From the IMG/VR virus record IMGVR_UViG_3300032291_002550, positions 64,436 to 128,435 of that record: a stretch of DNA of 64,000 bases; one strand, given 5' to 3'. This DNA comes from a virus. The translations under genes and the position numbers were made by a program. Within the stretch, counting starts at the first letter, position 1. Each line of letters opens with the position of its first letter. The notes beneath the pieces were generated by a model, which saw only the letters and a list, made by a program, of their open reading frames with translations, was not told the origin of the DNA and did not search any database. Positions 31,874 to 41,918 of this stretch are shown here, one piece after another.

Positions 31874-31924
31874 AAAATATCAAGGATAGCATCGGGCAAC
31901 CTTATAAAAAATGTAGCCGAATAT

Positions 31925-32029
31925 AGTCAGGTGGCGGAATGGTAGACGCTATCTAAAAGATCATATGAAAGGGTGATATAAGAGTGAAATGAATAAACCC
32001 ACTTACAGGTTCGAATCCTGTCCTGACTA
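31925..32029 (+). ncRNA. tRNA-scaffold RNA, copy 2 (105 nt)
   Basis: AGTCAGG-TG-GCGGAATGGTAGACGC...ACAGGTTCGAATCCTGT-CCTGACT-A. Confidence 0.75.
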
Positions 32030-32106
32030 CAAAAAAAAGTAACATTTCGGTTGTTTATTTGAAAGAAATATCTTATCTTTAAGTATAATAATAAAATAAA
32101 AAGAAT

Positions 32107-32322
32107 ATGGCAACTAGAAAAAAATCATTTTACATTGGCGAAAGATTTAATCCACAATTAAGTAAACCTTATTATAAAGCATATGGCCAATTAAGTAAAA
32201 CCGAAGCAAAAGAAAAAGCAAATCCTATATATGGATCAATGTATTTAACTTGTTTCGAAACGGAATCAGAATATACAATTGCATTGGATAAAATAAAAGC
32301 CGACGGCTTTAGTATTCGTTAG
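32107..32322 (+). CDS. hypothetical early protein
   Basis: own promoter. Confidence 0.6.
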   Translation: MATRKKSFYIGERFNPQLSKPYYKAYGQLSKTEAKEKANPIYGSMYLTCFETESEYTIALDKIKADGFSIR

Positions 32323-32434
32323 TTAAATAATTCAAAAATCCTAATTAAATTTTATTAATTTATATTTTTAAAATTTAATTAGGAATTTTGAAAGTAATAT
32401 CTTATCTTTAAGTATAATAATAATAAAAAGAAAT

Positions 32435-33253
32435 ATGACACAAACATTAGAATTAACCTCGGCAGAATTAAAATTAATTGAAAACAAAAGAAAGCAAGAT
32501 GCTTTAGAACAAGAAGCAGCAAAATTAAGAAAAGAAGCTAAGATTCAAAAAGAATCAATTGAAATTCAGAATTCAATTCTTAAAGAACAAAAAGAAGCTA
32601 ATTTGCAAGTCGCAGCAGCAACGGAATATTATAATGGATTAGTAAAGCTTGATCCTAAATATAAGTTGGAAGTTACGGAGCGCGAATTAAAAAAAGAAAT
32701 TAAAGATTATTCAGGCCCAGAAGCTATAGTCATAAAAAGTTTTAATTATACAATTAAGAACGCCCGAATCATATTATCTGATTCTCCTTATTATATAACA
32801 GTTGAAAAGCATATTGTATATACTGGTATGAGTTTCCGCGGAACAGATAAAGGATATAAAATGGAATTAAATGGTGGAGGATTTTATAGTGAAAGAAAAG
32901 TATCAAATCCAAAAACTATTAATGATAAGATAGTAAATAAAAGACAAGCAGAAATTAATGCAAAAATTGCGGAGCAAAAGAAAGCATCTGGTTTAGATAC
33001 AGCATATAATAACCTAGTAAATAAATACCCTGGAGCAACAATAATCAAATCAACAGAATGGGAAAGAAATTTATATGATAGAAAAGTCTCAGGAGAAACT
33101 ATTAATATTATTACCATTACATTACCCAATACCATTTCAATTAAATATAAAGTATATTCAGATGGTTCATTAGGAAGAAAAGAAATAAGATATCCTTTTA
33201 AAAATAATTTTGATTTATTAGACACATTAAATAATATAATCATACCTCAATAG
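32435..33253 (+). CDS. hypothetical protein with N-terminal coiled coil
   Basis: 272-aa ORF, own promoter. Confidence 0.65.
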   Translation: MTQTLELTSAELKLIENKRKQDALEQEAAKLRKEAKIQKESIEIQNSILKEQKEANLQVAAATEYYNGLVKLDPKYKLEVTERELKKEIKDYSGPEAIVIKSFNYTIKNARIILSDSPYYITVEKHIVYTGMSFRGTDKGYKMELNGGGFYSERKVSNPKTINDKIVNKRQAEINAKIAEQKKASGLDTAYNNLVNKYPGATIIKSTEWERNLYDRKVSGETINIITITLPNTISIKYKVYSDGSLGRKEIRYPFKNNFDLLDTLNNIIIPQ

Positions 33254-33371
33254 AAATTCTTTTTTTATTATATATAAGAGTAAGGGTAGTGTGTAAAAGC
33301 ATTATCCTTCTTTACTGTTACTTCATTCATGAATGAACGATCTATATATCATATAGCACAACTTTAATGCA

Positions 33372-33470
33372 TGGGGGGTCAAATGGGGTCACCCGGCGGT
33401 TGGTTATGGGGAGCCCGGGGGTTTAGGGGAGCCCTAATAAGGGGGTGGTTAGGGTGGGTGGTTAAACCGG
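33372..33470. other. G-run-rich tract (G-quadruplex potential)
   Basis: many G3-G6 runs in an AT-rich genome. Confidence 0.6.
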
Positions 33471-33534
33471 TTGTCACCGCACGGATAACTTTTTCGTCTA
33501 TATAGACCGCGGTTTGTGAAGTTTAGGGCAAGCC

Positions 33535-33642
33535 CTAACAAATCATTCAAGTACCTATCACATAAATCTAACAAATCATTCAAGTACCTATCAAATAAAT
33601 CAAGAATCAAGTAATTACCTATCACATAAATCAAGAATCATT
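33535..33642. repeat. tandem 31-33 bp iteron-like repeats
   Basis: CTAACAAATCATTCAAGTACCTATCA(C/A)ATAAAT x2, then a variant copy and a partial copy. Confidence 0.8.
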
Positions 33643-33843
33643 TACACACGCACGGGATACACATACACACATAATACACATATACCACAAAGAACTTCGT
33701 TCCTACAAATACCGAATACTACTACGGGTGCGCAGCGGTTAAAATTTTATACAATTGATTTTCAATGCTTTATATAATAATAAAAGAATTTGGTTGATAA
33801 ATTGAATTGTTTTCCTTATCTTTAAGTATAATAAGAAGATAAT

Positions 33844-34230
33844 ATGAAACAAAACGATAGTAAATACCATCAATTATATTTAGGTTTAAAAGATGCAGAT
33901 GACTATTTTCCTAAAGAATCTAGAAAAGAAATGTTATCCTTAATTAAGGAGTTATACAAAGAAAATCAAGATTTGTTAAATGAAGATGATGATAAAGGAA
34001 AATATGGTATAAGATATAAAACCATTGGAGAACTTTCGAAATGGTCTGATACAGGATATCAATTTTTTAGAAGTAAATCTAAAAGAGATGATGTATATGA
34101 TGATTGGATTAATGGAAGGTATTGGGATAAAATATTCGAAACTGAATTGCAATATCGAACCCCTTCGCCGAATGTACATGAGATTGTAAAAATATTTAAA
34201 GAAAGCGGTAATGTATATGATGAAAAATAA
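33844..34230 (+). CDS. hypothetical protein
   Basis: own promoter. Confidence 0.6.
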   Translation: MKQNDSKYHQLYLGLKDADDYFPKESRKEMLSLIKELYKENQDLLNEDDDKGKYGIRYKTIGELSKWSDTGYQFFRSKSKRDDVYDDWINGRYWDKIFETELQYRTPSPNVHEIVKIFKESGNVYDEK

Positions 34231-35086
34231 AAATATGAAAATAGGAGATAAAGTAAGATTTACAAATCCGGGTAGTTACTCAGCCCCTACAGGTTCAACA
34301 GCAAGAATAGTTAGAATTGAATCGCCAATGATTTACATAGAATGGATTGATAAAGGAGATAGTGGTCAAAGCAATGGACGTTATCTCTCAAAAGATTTTG
34401 AAGTAATCGAAGAAGAGTTAGAAGTATTACCTGAAAAATGGGCTATTAAAACTACAAGTGACACTAGGAAAATTATCAATGATTTTATGATTTCAAAAGG
34501 TTACGATACTGTATGGGAGTCTGATTATGTTGCTCATTACCCTTTCACTGTGGGTGGTGGTTCAGCTTTTGTTTCTGTTAGCGGCGGTTATACAGAAATA
34601 TCATTCGAAAATTTTGAAAAATTAGTATTAAACAAAGAAATAAAAACAACAACAAAAACAAAACCCATTATGTCAAAACAAAAATTAACAGTATCAATTA
34701 CGGAAGTATTAGAAATTCATAAAATTGCTTGTACTACTTGGAAAGAAACAATTGCTAAGTATTTAACAAGAGTAGATTCAGACCAAAATATTACTTTTAC
34801 TCAAGAAGAAGTAGATGCGATGTTTAAAGCAGCTACCTCAAGTCAATTACCGAAATTAGAAGATATATTTGGTGCTCAACATAAAGAACCTACATTAGAA
34901 GATATGGCTGATGGTAATCCATTATTTGCCATGCCTGGAGAATTTATTGAAGGAGCTGCTATGATTGAGGTAAGAATATCTAGCGAATATAAAGATAAAG
35001 CGTTTTGGTTAAATCATAATTATATCTGGGAAATTAAAAAAGATAGTAGAGGGACGTTAGTTTTAATTCCGACACCTAAAAACTAA
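34211..35086 (+). CDS. hypothetical multidomain protein (N-terminal KOW/SH3-like)
   Basis: KIGDKVRF...G.TARIV; LPEKWAIK module. Confidence 0.6.
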   Translation: MYMMKNKNMKIGDKVRFTNPGSYSAPTGSTARIVRIESPMIYIEWIDKGDSGQSNGRYLSKDFEVIEEELEVLPEKWAIKTTSDTRKIINDFMISKGYDTVWESDYVAHYPFTVGGGSAFVSVSGGYTEISFENFEKLVLNKEIKTTTKTKPIMSKQKLTVSITEVLEIHKIACTTWKETIAKYLTRVDSDQNITFTQEEVDAMFKAATSSQLPKLEDIFGAQHKEPTLEDMADGNPLFAMPGEFIEGAAMIEVRISSEYKDKAFWLNHNYIWEIKKDSRGTLVLIPTPKN

Positions 35087-35400
35087 TGAATATGAGTCAT
35101 AAGTGGTATATAGGGCAACCAATAGTAGCGATAAAAAATAGCAAATGTGGTAGAATTAAAAAAGGCCAAGAATTTACAATAAAAGGTCTAATGGGGTCTA
35201 TTTGTAAATGCGGTGATGTATTAATTGATATTGGGTTACGCAGCGATCATGATGGTTGGGGATGTTTTACCTGTAATACTTTTAGGTATAGTAATAATAA
35301 TTATTGGAAAAAAGAAAGATTATTTGCGCCAATGGATATAGATATTTCAGAGCTAACTGATATTTTAAAAGAACCAATTAACGAATTTATAGAAAGATAA
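35086..35400 (+). CDS. hypothetical Cys-containing protein
   Basis: CKC and CFTC motifs. Confidence 0.55.
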   Translation: MNMSHKWYIGQPIVAIKNSKCGRIKKGQEFTIKGLMGSICKCGDVLIDIGLRSDHDGWGCFTCNTFRYSNNNYWKKERLFAPMDIDISELTDILKEPINEFIER

Positions 35401-35402
35401 TC

Positions 35403-35588
35403 ATGGAACTAGTAAATAAAGCCTTTAAAATATTCAAAAAAATGCAAAAGTTGGACGATTCTGACTTTGAGTCGCAGGTCGAATGTCAATCCGGTATTTT
35501 TAAATTAATGTTGGGTATGACAGACGAAGAAATAAAGTTGTACAACAATAAATGTGACGATTTTCTTAAAGAATCTAAAAAAAGATAA
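35403..35588 (+). CDS. hypothetical protein
   Basis: ORF track. Confidence 0.5.
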   Translation: MELVNKAFKIFKKMQKLDDSDFESQVECQSGIFKLMLGMTDEEIKLYNNKCDDFLKESKKR

Positions 35589-35669
35589 AAAAAAAGGTTG
35601 GAAATATGAATTGTTTTCCTTATCTTTAAGTATAATAAAAGGAAATAATATTAAAAAAAAAGAAAAGTT

Positions 35670-36869
35670 ATGAAAGAAGAAATTATTGTAATTGTAAGCG
35701 TTAAAGAATTCGAAGCTATTGATACTAATGGTGTTAATCATTGGGATTCTATTCCTGTATTAGTAAGACAAAGAGCAATTGATGGTATGGGTGGTAAAAG
35801 CTCTATTGTATTCAATCCTAATTGTGAAGAATGGCAGCGTATAGAAGTTAGTAAGATACAAGAAAAGATTGAAAAAATTACGACATCTTTAATGGCGACA
35901 GATTCTAAACCAAAAGCTCCGAAAGTTACTAGAGAAGTAAAAAAGGCTGATTTGGATGAAGCTACAAAAGACGTAATTAATTTTGTTCATACTGCTCCAG
36001 AATTTAAGCCTAGCGATTTAATTATGGCTGATGTTAAATGGAAATATCTTATTCGTAATATTATGAGAGGTCAAAATATTATGATGGTGGGCGATTCGGG
36101 TATGGGTAAGACAGTTGCTGCTATGGCAGCTGCTAGGTCATTAGAACGTCCATTATATATTATTGGAATGGGTTCGACTCAAGATCCAAGATCTACCTTA
36201 ATTGGTAATACGCAGTTTAATAAAGAAAATGGTACGTTTTTTGCGGAGAGTAGATTTGTAAATGCTATTCAAGAAGAAAATGCCGTTATTGTTTTAGATG
36301 AGTTATCTCGTGCTAATGGTGAAGCTTGGAATATTTTAATGCCTGTGTTAGACCCTAATCAAAGATGTTTGCAATTAGATGAAAAGCCGGGCAGTCCTAT
36401 TGTTAAAGTGCATCCTACGGTATCCTTTATTGCTACGGCAAATATTGGATTCCAATATACTTCGACTCGTGTAATGGATAGAGCGATGCTCGATCGTTTT
36501 ACGACAATTGAAATGGATCTTTTAAATAAAGATCAAGAATTACATTTATTATCTTTAAAAGTTCCTGAAGTAAGTAAGACGGACTTAAAATCTATTACGG
36601 ATATTACTTCTGATATCAGAACAGAATTAAAATCTGACGTGCCGAGAATATCGACTCAAATTAGTACAAGGGCCGCTATTGAGATTGCTGCTTTATTAAG
36701 AGATGGATTTACTTTAGTAGAAGCTTCAGAAATAGCAATTTATCCTTTTTATTCTGAAGAAGGTGGTGCTCAAAGTGAGCGCGTTTATATTAAGCAATTA
36801 GTTCAAAAGTATATTAAAGACGAATCCGTTCCGGATAGTTTAGTAAATAATGCTTCAAATACGTTTTAA
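35670..36869 (+). CDS. MoxR/CobS-like AAA+ ATPase
   Basis: GDSGMGKT, VLDELSRA, IATAN, DRAMLDRF, STR. Confidence 0.85.
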   Translation: MKEEIIVIVSVKEFEAIDTNGVNHWDSIPVLVRQRAIDGMGGKSSIVFNPNCEEWQRIEVSKIQEKIEKITTSLMATDSKPKAPKVTREVKKADLDEATKDVINFVHTAPEFKPSDLIMADVKWKYLIRNIMRGQNIMMVGDSGMGKTVAAMAAARSLERPLYIIGMGSTQDPRSTLIGNTQFNKENGTFFAESRFVNAIQEENAVIVLDELSRANGEAWNILMPVLDPNQRCLQLDEKPGSPIVKVHPTVSFIATANIGFQYTSTRVMDRAMLDRFTTIEMDLLNKDQELHLLSLKVPEVSKTDLKSITDITSDIRTELKSDVPRISTQISTRAAIEIAALLRDGFTLVEASEIAIYPFYSEEGGAQSERVYIKQLVQKYIKDESVPDSLVNNASNTF

Positions 36870-37041
36870 AATTCTTTTCTTTTTTTATTATAGTAGAAAG
36901 GGTTATCTTTTATAAAGGTAGCCTAAACTACTGTAAATTAATACATTATAAGTAATTGATAATCAACCAGAAAAAGATTATATAATATTAGGATAATTGA
37001 AATGTTTTCCTTATCTTTAAGTATAATAAAAGGAAATATAT

Positions 37042-39195
37042 ATGGCAAAAGTAGAAAGTTTAAATAAAAGTTCAAGTTTCTGGCTAAATTCCGATTCTTT
37101 TAATGTGGAAGGTAGTACCTCGGGCATTACTAAAAAATTAAAATTATTAGCATATAAAAGAGCTATCTCTAATTTCGTAAAAATCTTAACTCAAAAAGAC
37201 GGATATGAAATAAAATTTAGTACCGGAAATGATTCTTATACAGATGGTAAAACGGTTGTTATTAGTTCAAAGTTAGATGAAAAAAACTTTGACTTGACCG
37301 TAGGATTGGCATTACATGAAGCATCTCATTTGTTATTAACAGATTTTAATGTTATTAAAGATAAAAGAAACACGTATGATGCTGTAACAAAAGAACATGG
37401 CGTATTAGGATTAGAAATGCGTTATGATGTATTACATTCTATTTTTAATATTGTCGAGGATAGATATATTGATAGTTTTGTATATTCTACAGCCCCGGGC
37501 TATAGAGGATATTATCAAACGTTATATGATTTTTATTTTCGTACACCGGCTATTACAAAATTACTTAAATCTCCTAAAAAACGTACGGAGACTGTAGATA
37601 ATTATATTTCGCAACTTTTAAATATAATTGGCTTAGAATTTGACGAAAAATGTTTAATAGGTATGCCAGATATCGTTAAGGAATTTGATTTACCCAATAT
37701 TAAAAGATTAGTTACTACAATGGATAGATTACAGGTCGCGGCAAATATTTATGCAATTATTCTTAAGAATGTAAATGCAGCAATAAACGCCGGCGTAGTA
37801 GATGATGAAGATTCTAAAAAACCTAGTACCCCAAAAGCTCCTAGCGTCAGCAATGAATCTTCTAATGATAAAACTCCTAAGAGTGATGATAAAGATGATA
37901 AAGATGATATAGATTTTGATGATGAAGATAAAGAGTCTGAAGAAGAAATTAAAGAAGACGACAAAGAATCTGAAGAAGAATCTGAGGAAGACGATAAAGA
38001 ATCTGAAGAAGAAATTGAAGAAGAAATTGAAGAGCCTGAAACGGATGAAGAAAAGACTCATAATGATGATAAAAATGAAGATAATGTAATACAACCTTCG
38101 ATGATATCAAATGAGCCTCCATTAACTAAAGAAGAAGAAGACGCGGCAGAAGCGTTATTAGATGTAGCTAAATCAGTAGTAGATGGTAAAGTAGATAAAG
38201 GTAAGCCTGCGGCTAAAAATCTAAATGATCAAATTGATATGTTAGATAAATCAGATGCAGAACTTCATAGAACAGAGTATGATATTTATCGCGGCGCTCA
38301 AAAAATTAAAACTGCTTCTATGAATACATTAATGGTAAAGAACTTAACAAAAGAAGCCGCGCTTAACGGATTATTTACTAATTTGCTTAATAATTACAGA
38401 TCTGTAAGTATAGGAGAAGAAGTTCAAAAAGGTATTATATTAGGTAACCTTTTAGCTAAAAGGATGCAAATTCGTAATGAAGAAAAAAGTACGATAACAA
38501 ATAGATTAAATAGTGGAAAGATATTTAATAGACATATTGCAATGTTAGGCGCGGATGTTGAAAATATATTTTATAAAATAAAGACGGATAAATTTAAAAC
38601 TTCCGTAATACATATTTCAATTGATGCTTCCGGAAGTATGGATGGTACAAGATTTTATAATTGTATAATGACATCTACCGCAATTGCAAAAGCTTGTACA
38701 TATTTAAGAGGTGTTAATTGTATTATTTCTTTTAGAAGTGTAAATGACGGGCTTCCGATGATGGCTGTTGGGTATAATTCTAAGAAAGATCATTTTTCTA
38801 AGATTATAGATTTATTTCCGCATCTAGCAGCAAATTCATCTACTCCAGAAGGATTATGTTATGATGTTTATAAAAAGTTTATTTCTGAAGAAGATGGAAA
38901 TAATGTAGATAAGTATGTAATAAATTTGTCTGACGGAGAACCTTCCTTTGGAAATGATTATCAATATGAGACAGCTTTTAATCATACTAAAAAAGTTTGG
39001 AATGAAATACTTAAAACAGGAGTAGTTGGATTAAGTTATTTTATATCTGAATACGAACATAATATGGATACATTTCGATATATGTATGGCAAAAATGCTA
39101 AATCTATAGATACTAATAATATCGTGCAATTAGCAAGTACAATTAACGAAATGTTAATGTCTAATAGTGCAGTTATGAGTATTCTAAGCGAATAA
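37042..39195 (+). CDS. CobT-like VWA protein with N-terminal HExxH domain and acidic linker
   Basis: LHEASH, NIVEDRYID, MIDAS DASGSM...T...SDG; partner of the MoxR ATPase. Confidence 0.8.
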   Translation: MAKVESLNKSSSFWLNSDSFNVEGSTSGITKKLKLLAYKRAISNFVKILTQKDGYEIKFSTGNDSYTDGKTVVISSKLDEKNFDLTVGLALHEASHLLLTDFNVIKDKRNTYDAVTKEHGVLGLEMRYDVLHSIFNIVEDRYIDSFVYSTAPGYRGYYQTLYDFYFRTPAITKLLKSPKKRTETVDNYISQLLNIIGLEFDEKCLIGMPDIVKEFDLPNIKRLVTTMDRLQVAANIYAIILKNVNAAINAGVVDDEDSKKPSTPKAPSVSNESSNDKTPKSDDKDDKDDIDFDDEDKESEEEIKEDDKESEEESEEDDKESEEEIEEEIEEPETDEEKTHNDDKNEDNVIQPSMISNEPPLTKEEEDAAEALLDVAKSVVDGKVDKGKPAAKNLNDQIDMLDKSDAELHRTEYDIYRGAQKIKTASMNTLMVKNLTKEAALNGLFTNLLNNYRSVSIGEEVQKGIILGNLLAKRMQIRNEEKSTITNRLNSGKIFNRHIAMLGADVENIFYKIKTDKFKTSVIHISIDASGSMDGTRFYNCIMTSTAIAKACTYLRGVNCIISFRSVNDGLPMMAVGYNSKKDHFSKIIDLFPHLAANSSTPEGLCYDVYKKFISEEDGNNVDKYVINLSDGEPSFGNDYQYETAFNHTKKVWNEILKTGVVGLSYFISEYEHNMDTFRYMYGKNAKSIDTNNIVQLASTINEMLMSNSAVMSILSE

Positions 39196-39420
39196 TTAGG
39201 CATTAAGGCAGATTTTAGGGGCTAATAAGGGAGATCTTCGGGTCTCCTTTATACTAATATGACCCTAATATAAAAGCGCGTATATGAGCGTTTAAAACAC
39301 TTTCTAAAGCATTAATAATCAATAAATTATAACTAGTTGATTATTAATTAGAAAAAATTATAGAAATGATTAGGAAATATGAAATGTATTCCTTATCTTT
39401 AAGTATAATAAAAAGAAATA

Positions 39421-40137
39421 ATGAAAAACATACACGTATTACCAACAGATAAACCAAGTAGGTTGCATACTTACAAAGGAGTATTAAATCTTGCAACAGG
39501 TGAATTTGTTGCTCCTACTATTGTTAAAAATGATTTAATTAACCTAAATATTTACATCACTTCTGATGAAGAAATTAAAGAAGGAAATTATGTAGTTGTT
39601 AGTTGTTCAGAAGTTAATATTGAAGAAGTAAGAATTGTTACAGGATATTATAATGAACAATTTTTATTTGATGATAAAAGTCAAATACATATGGATTATT
39701 GTAAAAAAATCATCCTAACAACGGACCAAAACTTAATCAAAGATGGTGTACAATCCATTGATGACGAGTTCTTAGAATGGTTTATAAATAATCCAAGTTG
39801 TGAGTTTGTTGAAGTTGAAAATGAAATGGTTGCTTCAAAACTTTCTAGTATCGAAAGATGGGATTATGAATACAAAATCATCATTCCAGACTTGTGGGGT
39901 GAAGTATTCAATTGGTTATCACAAGAAGAACCTAAACGAGAAACACTTGAGGAAGCTAAACAAAGAATTTTAGATTCCAATTACCTATCATTAAATGATG
40001 CAGACATTTTTAAAATGGGCGCTGAATGGCAGCGTAAACAAATATTAGATTTTCTATACTCAGAAATAACAGAACGAAGAGATTATTCAGCATCTAAAAT
40101 GTGTGAAAAGGTTGTGGAATTTATTGAACAATTTTAA
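39421..40137 (+). CDS. hypothetical phage protein
   Basis: 238-aa ORF, own promoter. Confidence 0.65.
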   Translation: MKNIHVLPTDKPSRLHTYKGVLNLATGEFVAPTIVKNDLINLNIYITSDEEIKEGNYVVVSCSEVNIEEVRIVTGYYNEQFLFDDKSQIHMDYCKKIILTTDQNLIKDGVQSIDDEFLEWFINNPSCEFVEVENEMVASKLSSIERWDYEYKIIIPDLWGEVFNWLSQEEPKRETLEEAKQRILDSNYLSLNDADIFKMGAEWQRKQILDFLYSEITERRDYSASKMCEKVVEFIEQF

Positions 40138-40148
40138 AAAGAAATAGC

Positions 40149-40856
40149 ATGAAAATAAAATTAGAATTAAGTCAAAATATATTTTTTACATCCGACACGC
40201 ATTACAACCACAAAAACATTTGTCGCGGGGTAAGTAATTGGAAAGATATAAATGGTAATGTACCTATTAATCAAACTCGTAATTTTCAATCTCTAGAAGA
40301 GATGAATGATAGTATTGTTAATGCTATTAATAGTAAAGTAAGAGAAGATGATATTTTGTTCCATTTAGGTGACTTTTCTTTTGGTGGATTTGAAAATATC
40401 GAGGAGTTTAGGAGCAGAATTGTATGTAAAAATATACATTTAATATTAGGCAATCATGATCACCATATTGAACGTAATAAAGATAATATACAAAGATTAT
40501 TTAGTTCTGTAAATCAATGTCTAAGATTAAGTGTTTCTATTTATCCTGGTACGACATTATATAACGGCAATCATGATTTTATATTATCACATTATCCAAT
40601 TGCAAGTTGGCACAACATGAATGATGGTGTAATGCATTTGCACGGGCATGTTCATTTACCAGCACATTTAAAAATACATGAAGGTAAAGCAATGGACGTT
40701 GGTTGTGATGGTAACAATATGGTACCGTATTCAATAAACAATATTATATCTTTGTTAAATAAAAGACCTATAAAATGTTTAACATTACCTCAAGATCATC
40801 ACGAAGAAAGAATTGAAGGTAATGGAGGAAATAAAAAAGGAAGTTCAAGTTTTTAA
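40149..40856 (+). CDS. calcineurin-like metallophosphoesterase
   Basis: SDTH, LGD, GNHD, HYP, HGHVH. Confidence 0.85.
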   Translation: MKIKLELSQNIFFTSDTHYNHKNICRGVSNWKDINGNVPINQTRNFQSLEEMNDSIVNAINSKVREDDILFHLGDFSFGGFENIEEFRSRIVCKNIHLILGNHDHHIERNKDNIQRLFSSVNQCLRLSVSIYPGTTLYNGNHDFILSHYPIASWHNMNDGVMHLHGHVHLPAHLKIHEGKAMDVGCDGNNMVPYSINNIISLLNKRPIKCLTLPQDHHEERIEGNGGNKKGSSSF

Positions 40857-40925
40857 TTAAAAGTAAACATTTCGGTTGGAAATATGAAATGTTTTCCTTA
40901 TCTTTATGTATAAGTAAGAGATAAT

Positions 40926-41123
40926 ATGAGATTTATAAACGAAAAGGTACTTAGAGATGCATATTTTAACAATACAATGAAGCGTAAAACAAAATTTTTG
41001 TGGTTGCCAGTAACGATTGATGGAGAAACTAGATGGTTAGAGACTGCTATAATTGATTATAAAGTATTCAAAAAAGTAGGTGTATTTGATGTATATTTTT
41101 TTGGGAACCTTATTGTTTTATAA
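40926..41123 (+). CDS. hypothetical protein
   Basis: own promoter. Confidence 0.5.
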   Translation: MRFINEKVLRDAYFNNTMKRKTKFLWLPVTIDGETRWLETAIIDYKVFKKVGVFDVYFFGNLIVL

Positions 41124-41137
41124 ATAAATAAAAGTAT

Positions 41138-41338
41138 ATGAAACAGTTAACAGAACAACAAATTGAACAGTATAAAAGATTAGCAATACAAGAAACATCA
41201 ATCGAATCTTGCGGCGATGAATGGAATCCTTATGAAATAAGCGGTGGTAACTTTGATGATGCTTATTACGTAGGTTATAAAGATGCTGATATTGAAAATG
41301 CCCGTTTCATTTTACATTTATTTGAAATAGAATATTAA
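41138..41338 (+). CDS. hypothetical protein
   Basis: ORF track. Confidence 0.55.
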   Translation: MKQLTEQQIEQYKRLAIQETSIESCGDEWNPYEISGGNFDDAYYVGYKDADIENARFILHLFEIEY

Positions 41339-41340
41339 AC

Positions 41341-41601
41341 ATGTTTATAGAAAGATTTTTCAACCCGCAATTGCAAAATTCAAATGAATTTGTATTTTAT
41401 AATACAAAGAAAGCATTGGAACATTGCATATTAAATTATTCATGTATACGGCATTATTCTTTTAGAGGCGATCAATATATTAAATATAATGGTAAAAGTT
41501 TAATTTGGAATGATGGCAGTATAGTTGATAAAAGAAAATTGCCTAAAAATGATGGTTGGGGCAAATATTATTCAGAAATATATAATCATCAATCATTTTA
41601 A
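41341..41601 (+). CDS. hypothetical protein
   Basis: ORF track. Confidence 0.55.
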   Translation: MFIERFFNPQLQNSNEFVFYNTKKALEHCILNYSCIRHYSFRGDQYIKYNGKSLIWNDGSIVDKRKLPKNDGWGKYYSEIYNHQSF

Positions 41602-41607
41602 TAAAAT

Positions 41608-41681
41608 AGTCAGGTAATTCAATTGGATAGAAAGCCTATGCAGCGCAGCGGAAAATGTGGGTTCGAATCCCGCCCTGACTA
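41608..41681 (+). ncRNA. tRNA-scaffold RNA, copy 3 (74 nt, broken anticodon stem)
   Basis: AGTCAGG/CCTGACT acceptor, D- and T-arms; CCTAT/AGCGG anticodon stem does not pair. Confidence 0.7.
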
Positions 41682-41918
41682 CTATAACCTGTACCCTTGA
41701 AAAACTCGTATTATTCAAAAAGGTGTCATATTCAGAATTGGCCCACCTACTAAAGTAGGTGGCAGTATTAGGAGTACATTTTGATAGATAAGCAGGTTTA
41801 CACCGAAATAAAAGGGTATTAGAATATGGTGTAAAAAAAATATAACCCAGTTTCAGAAGAAACTACATTGACTGAAAAGTTTAACTGAGTAAGCAGAACC
41901 TCTTTTTGGGTTATAGAT

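Larger units (their letters stand above)
25713..33830 (+). promoter_or_regulatory. dense array of early promoters (T/C/G)T(A/T)G-N20-TATCTTTA(A/G)GTAT, about one per gene (e.g. 26191, 26691, 27481, 28012, 28323, 28661, 29291, 29557, 29985, 30259, 31314, 31591, 32051, 32378, 33793)
   Basis: near-identical ~45-bp motif before each ORF; resembles Bacteroidota TTTG/TAnnTTTG; further copies near 18070, 19655, 22727, 35598, 36988, 39370, 40876, 43332, 46378, 50126, 50314, 51920, 52018, 53482, 55063, 55151, 58654, 61886. Confidence 0.8.

Noticed and set aside
33535-33642. CRISPR array
   Set aside because: The repeats are directly tandem with no unique spacers, and no cas genes are present.
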